Positions 16,589 through 20,000 of a stretch of DNA of 20,000 nucleotides are shown piece by piece; position 1 is the first letter of the stretch; the number at the start of each line of letters is the position of its first letter. The notes beneath the pieces are model-generated. The model was not told where the DNA came from. It worked only from the letters and a program-made list of their open reading frames with translations, and did not search any database. Source of the DNA: an uncultured virus (IMG/VR IMGVR_UViG_3300038303_000074) (Duplodnaviria > Heunggongvirae > Uroviricota > Caudoviricetes); IMG/VR virus record IMGVR_UViG_3300038303_000074. One strand, given 5' to 3'. Made by a program: the position numbers and the translations under genes.

Positions 16589-16836
16589 GTTATCCAGCTA
16601 GTTGTCAGAACCCACGTTGTCGAGAAACCACACAACTGGAAGACCCACGCAGTCGTTGGTGGTGCGATGAGCCGATATTTGTTGCCGCCGATATTGTTGG
16701 TGAACGGACCGTTTTCAATATCGGCGGCAACAAATATCGGCTCGTCGCCTTAATAGATTATGAACTGCACGGTGTCTTAATCAGGTTTGTAGGAACCCAC
16801 AAGGAGTATGACAGAATAGACGTAGCGACGACTTAA
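16585..16836 (+). CDS. higB: Chimeric ORF: Cys-containing N-terminus fused to C-terminal half of a HigB (RelE-superfamily) toxin
   Basis: ADIVGERTVFNIGGNKYRLVALIDY...IRFVGTHKEYDRID is the classic HigB C-terminal half; the normal HigB N-terminal helices are absent. Confidence 0.75.
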   Translation: MSYPASCQNPRCRETTQLEDPRSRWWCDEPIFVAADIVGERTVFNIGGNKYRLVALIDYELHGVLIRFVGTHKEYDRIDVATT

Positions 16837-16874
16837 GCGATAAACACGTATTTATACACTCAAGGCGATAAACC

Positions 16875-17273
16875 ATGAAAACTGTAACCGTACCCGTTAT
16901 TAAAACCGACAAGGACCACGCAGCGGCTGTGAAGCAAATCGAGAGACTTTGGGGTGCCAAGTCCAGTTCCAAAGATGGGCAAACCCTCGATGTTCTCCTG
17001 ACCCTCGTGGATGCTTACGAAACCAAACACTTCCCGATAGACACACCCGACCCGTTAGAAGCGATCCTGTTCCGCATGGACCAGCAAGGCTACGGCCGTC
17101 GCGACCTGGTGCCAGACAAAGAGGCGCTGGAGATTGTGCTTGTTGCTGCTGAAAGTTTTATCACAATTATTGAGGATTACCCGCAAGAGGCAGACGCAGT
17201 GGCTAAATACAAAGCCGCCATTGCAAAACTGTATGCCGAAATCATAGACACACTTGATCAAGTGTCTACTTAG
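16875..17273 (+). CDS. higA: Chimeric ORF: HigA antitoxin N-terminal region, truncated within the HTH and fused to an unrelated helical tail
   Basis: IKTDKDHAAA...LDVL.TLVDAYE.KHFPI..PDPLEAI.FRMDQQG...RDLVP matches HigA. The expected continuation (IGSR.RVSEVL..KR.L) is missing. Confidence 0.75.
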   Translation: MKTVTVPVIKTDKDHAAAVKQIERLWGAKSSSKDGQTLDVLLTLVDAYETKHFPIDTPDPLEAILFRMDQQGYGRRDLVPDKEALEIVLVAAESFITIIEDYPQEADAVAKYKAAIAKLYAEIIDTLDQVST

Positions 17274-17290
17274 ACCAGCGAGGCGTAAAC

Positions 17291-17434
17291 ATGGCAAACG
17301 TACCCGAGACACAAACCAGAGTGGCACAGCTTGAGCGCAAGGTTGAGCTTATGGAAGAACGGCTAAAGAAACTTGAACTGGATAAATGGCCAGAGCCATG
17401 CAAATGTATTGGCTGTAGGCCGGACCTTTACTAA
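17291..17434 (+). CDS. Small hypothetical protein (47 aa; coiled coil plus CxCxxC), not in ORF track
   Basis: MANVPETQTRVAQLERKVELMEERLKKLELDKWPEPCKCIGCRPDLY; RBS GAGG; TAATG overlap with the next gene. Confidence 0.6.
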   Translation: MANVPETQTRVAQLERKVELMEERLKKLELDKWPEPCKCIGCRPDLY

Positions 17435-17631
17435 TGGACACAACAGGCGAGGCCGTGAACCTGATTATTGAGTTATGTAATATGCCGCGAGAACTACACC
17501 CGGCAGCAGAGCAAGTGCTTCGTGACGCCATCGCAGGCCATGCTACCGTGACCGAGTTTCGACAAATGTTTCACCTGTTTAATTCCGACTACCTGCAATA
17601 CGTCAGATGTGTTGCTCAATATTTAACCTGA
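17434..17631 (+). CDS. Hypothetical protein
   Basis: Translationally coupled 65-aa ORF. Confidence 0.55.
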   Translation: MDTTGEAVNLIIELCNMPRELHPAAEQVLRDAIAGHATVTEFRQMFHLFNSDYLQYVRCVAQYLT

Positions 17632-17642
17632 GGAGACCTGAG

Positions 17643-17882
17643 ATGGGAGCTTACCACAATGCACTGCGCGAGGAAGGCACGCGCGACGACCTGATGGAGG
17701 CGCTGGAGAAGGCGTGGACCGAGATCGAAGAGCTGCGCGCGCAGCGAGAGAACCAAGCCGCCCGCATGAGCATGATGACGTCGGTGGACCCGGGGGCACT
17801 GCAGTTCGTGATCGGCTACCTGCAAGACAACCCTTCACCCTTCGTGCAGAAAGTAATTAAAATACTTAAAGGGGAGACCTGA
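17643..17882 (+). CDS. Hypothetical protein
   Basis: ATG 17643 after GAGGAGACCTGAG; GC3-rich codons. Confidence 0.65.
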   Translation: MGAYHNALREEGTRDDLMEALEKAWTEIEELRAQRENQAARMSMMTSVDPGALQFVIGYLQDNPSPFVQKVIKILKGET

Positions 17883-17883
17883 G

Positions 17884-18228
17884 ATGAACAAAGCAGAATA
17901 CGCAGCGATCGTGAACCTGATCGACACCACCGTCCACCTGGCCAACAACGTGGTGATCGACCCGAAGATCACGCCGCACCTGGAGAAGCTTATAAAAGAG
18001 CGCGACACCGCCCGGCATGTCCTGCAGGCCCTCGTCGAGGAGCCCGACACCAACGTCGCCACCGTCGGCACCAAGCCGGTCGATGCTGAAGGCCGGGTCA
18101 TGCACAAGGTGCTTGGGGTTATCCCGCACGGTGGCCACGGCGACGACGCCTTCCAGGTCGTGCTGCCCAACGGCACCACCCTGCGAGAGGGCCTGATCGA
18201 AGCGATGTACGTGGTGGGGAAAAGCTGA
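17884..18228 (+). CDS. Hypothetical protein
   Basis: ATG 17884 after GGGGAGACCTGAG; GC3-rich codons. Confidence 0.7.
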   Translation: MNKAEYAAIVNLIDTTVHLANNVVIDPKITPHLEKLIKERDTARHVLQALVEEPDTNVATVGTKPVDAEGRVMHKVLGVIPHGGHGDDAFQVVLPNGTTLREGLIEAMYVVGKS

Positions 18229-18449
18229 TGGGAAGCTTCAGCAACCGACCAACCGAGGGCGGGTTCGCCTCCAGCAACCACAAGTTCCGCACCTGCCAGC
18301 ACAGCAGCGGCTGTGACAAGCCGGTGACCAAACAATCCTATTGCGATGTTCACTATGCGGCCTGCTATAAGCCTGCACCGGCAAAGAACACGTCGTTGCC
18401 GCGCACCGGCTACATGGGCAAAGTTGCGTGGGGAGGGAGCAGGAGATGA
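18228..18449 (+). CDS. Small protein resembling the C-terminal Cys/His domain of GcrA
   Basis: TCQ....CDKPV...SYCDVH...CYKP resembles the GcrA C-terminal C..P...C......YC..H...Y.P pattern. Confidence 0.5.
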   Translation: MGSFSNRPTEGGFASSNHKFRTCQHSSGCDKPVTKQSYCDVHYAACYKPAPAKNTSLPRTGYMGKVAWGGSRR

Positions 18450-18616
18450 TCGACAAGTCCATGAAGCGCAACAACTCGGCCCACCGTCCAGCTGGTAGCG
18501 AGGAGGGCCGTGCCGCCCACAGGTTCCAGTTCAGGAAGAAAAAATCTGTGAAGTGCGGGCTGCGGAAGAAGAAGGTTTTCAACCGCAAAATAAAACCTTA
18601 CCTGACCAAGCCCTGA
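18446..18616 (+). CDS. Small Lys/Arg-rich hypothetical protein
   Basis: ATGA overlap; strong RBS AGGAG. Confidence 0.5.
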   Translation: MIDKSMKRNNSAHRPAGSEEGRAAHRFQFRKKKSVKCGLRKKKVFNRKIKPYLTKP

Positions 18617-18658
18617 AATAGAAAACGCCCCGAGACCTGAGGATACCGGGGCGCTTTC
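18616..18658 (-). terminator. Intrinsic terminator (possibly bidirectional)
   Basis: Minus strand CGCCCCG-14 nt-CGGGGCG followed by TTTTCTATTT; the plus-strand tail (CTTTCATT) is weaker. Confidence 0.65.
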
Positions 18659-18720
18659 ATTCACCTGATGGGCTAACCGGGAAGTCAAAACCATCACAGA
18701 GGGTTCCAGGGGAGGAACTG
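18616..18720 (-). ncRNA. Candidate three-hairpin antisense sRNA
   Basis: Upstream minus-strand promoter, three hairpins with CU-rich loops, terminal hairpin with U-rich tail. Loops are complementary to repeated motifs at gene starts. Confidence 0.65.
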
Positions 18721-18723
18721 TTT

Positions 18724-18756
18724 TTGACAATACTCGAAAAACCGCCTACGTTGCAA
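18724..18756. promoter_or_regulatory. Overlapping divergent sigma70-like promoters
   Basis: Plus strand TTGACA(18724)-17-TACGTT; minus strand TTGCAA(18756)-18-TATTGT(18732-18727). Confidence 0.65.
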
Positions 18757-18779
18757 CCCTTATTAACCGGGATAGAAAT

Positions 18780-19436
18780 ATGCTAAAAAATCCATGCGAA
18801 AAATCCGGCTGCAAATACCACTTCGGTAACAGCTGCTTTCCAACGCTCGCTGCCGTGAAGGCGTGGGCCAAACCAAACAGTCCTGAACGCCTCAAGGGCT
18901 TCGCCCCCTCCCCCGGCGATGACATCTACGCGTTTCTCTGCGAAGCGCTGGAGTGCAGTCCTGATCGCGCCGACTACCCTGAAGAGCTGCCCCACAGGTT
19001 CTACCTGCAAGAGCGTGGTGGCGGCGACACCGGGCACTGGCCGCACTTCGGATACGAGCCTGAGTGGGATTTCCCGCACTCAGGTCCTGAACAGTTCGCC
19101 TATCGGCACATCTTCGAGCGCGACGCGACCCGGGCGCTGCGCCTGACCATACTGCGCCGCGCCATCCGCCCACAGCTCGATGCCGTGCGCGACAACGCTG
19201 TGGGCAACGTACATATCCATCATAACCCCCCGTTCGCAAAGCTGGTTACGGAGTGGCTCGCGCTTATAGGCGCGCCCCTGGAAGCGCTGGATATCACGCA
19301 CTACATCGACGACGGCTGGCTGTTGGAAGATGAGGACCTGGAGCTTAGCTGGATCGCGTTCCACGCGCACCGTAGCACCTTAACCGCCATGACCCCTGAA
19401 GAGCATATGGCTGCGCACCACGGGGCCAAGACGTGA
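18780..19436 (+). CDS. Hypothetical protein with HNH-like C-terminus (resembles DCL/DUF3223-associated proteins)
   Basis: LRRAIRPQ...VHIHH.PPFA.LV.EWL...D..L..SW.AFH....L......EH...H. Confidence 0.55.
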   Translation: MLKNPCEKSGCKYHFGNSCFPTLAAVKAWAKPNSPERLKGFAPSPGDDIYAFLCEALECSPDRADYPEELPHRFYLQERGGGDTGHWPHFGYEPEWDFPHSGPEQFAYRHIFERDATRALRLTILRRAIRPQLDAVRDNAVGNVHIHHNPPFAKLVTEWLALIGAPLEALDITHYIDDGWLLEDEDLELSWIAFHAHRSTLTAMTPEEHMAAHHGAKT

Positions 19437-20000
19437 CCCGCCCCGCAGGCTACACCCCCGTCACCGTCACCAACGCCGAGTTTGTCAAAGGCGTTTTCCA
19501 CGATCTTCCTGAAGGTGCCCATGTGATGGGCGTCGCGTTCGATACGCCTCCTGACCAGTCAGGACACGGCGTCTGGTTTGCGCGAGAGCTGACTGACAAG
19601 GCCCTGCGTCGCACGCGCGCCTTCAACGGGGGTCAGCATAACACCTTCTATACTGTGAGCTCTTTCTACCCCGACGAGGAAGGCAAAGTCCGCAGGCGCA
19701 AGGCGCAGGTGGCGGCCACGCATGTCCTGACGCTGGACGACATCGGAGATGGCGCATCCGCAAAAATCCCATGGTCGCGGATCAAACTGCCGCCGTCGTT
19801 CGTGGTCGAGACGAGCCCTTTCAACGACCAGGTGGGCTACATCTTTCGCAGCTCGCTCGGGCCTGAAGACAGCGGCCTCTTCAACCGCACCGTCAACGCC
19901 ATGATCTTCCAGGGCCTCGCCGCCGAGGCGGACCCCGGCATGATCGGATTGACGCGGCTGGTGCGGTTGCCGGTGGGCATCAACAACAAGACGAAATATA
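19433..20000 (+). CDS. DNA primase, RepB-primase-like N-terminal domain (3'-truncated by window edge)
   Basis: GTG 19433 overlaps the upstream TGA and the frame stays open to the window end. Motifs NTFYTVSSF, RRRK, VLTLDDIG, PSFVVETSPFNDQVGY and TRLVRLPVGINNK. Confidence 0.85.
   Translation, partial: MTRPAGYTPVTVTNAEFVKGVFHDLPEGAHVMGVAFDTPPDQSGHGVWFARELTDKALRRTRAFNGGQHNTFYTVSSFYPDEEGKVRRRKAQVAATHVLTLDDIGDGASAKIPWSRIKLPPSFVVETSPFNDQVGYIFRSSLGPEDSGLFNRTVNAMIFQGLAAEADPGMIGLTRLVRLPVGINNKTKY

Noticed and set aside
19080..19089. Additional GGACCTGAG match (minus strand) inside the 18780 ORF
   Set aside because: It lies inside a CDS, antisense to it and not at a supported start codon; consistent with a chance match.

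Overview
A 20-kb segment of a tailed dsDNA phage or prophage genome. The host is probably an alphaproteobacterium (inference from a GcrA-like ORF and the HTH family). From left to right the window holds: the 3' end of a large LPD38-type virion/ejection protein gene; a DUF2829/Tad2-like anti-defence sponge; a lysis cassette (endolysin-like, holin, overlapping spanins); a small block with a GT2-like glycosyltransferase, an HTH regulator and DUF6378; a leftward replication operon (hypothetical, DUF2800 Cas4-like nuclease, SSB-like protein, short C5-MTase-like protein, NUMOD4-HNH, family A DNA polymerase); a rightward VRR-NUC/wHTH/SNF2 helicase block; a run of small accessory ORFs including a chimeric truncated higB-higA fragment; and the start of a RepB-type primase. 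The most striking unannotated signal is a predicted ~105-nt minus-strand sRNA (18616-18720) with its own sigma70-like promoter and intrinsic terminator. Its hairpin loops are complementary to two motifs (GAGACCTGAG and TAACCGGGA) found at the translation-initiation regions of at least 7 genes in this window, suggesting a multi-target antisense regulon. All family assignments come from motif recognition by eye; no searches were run.
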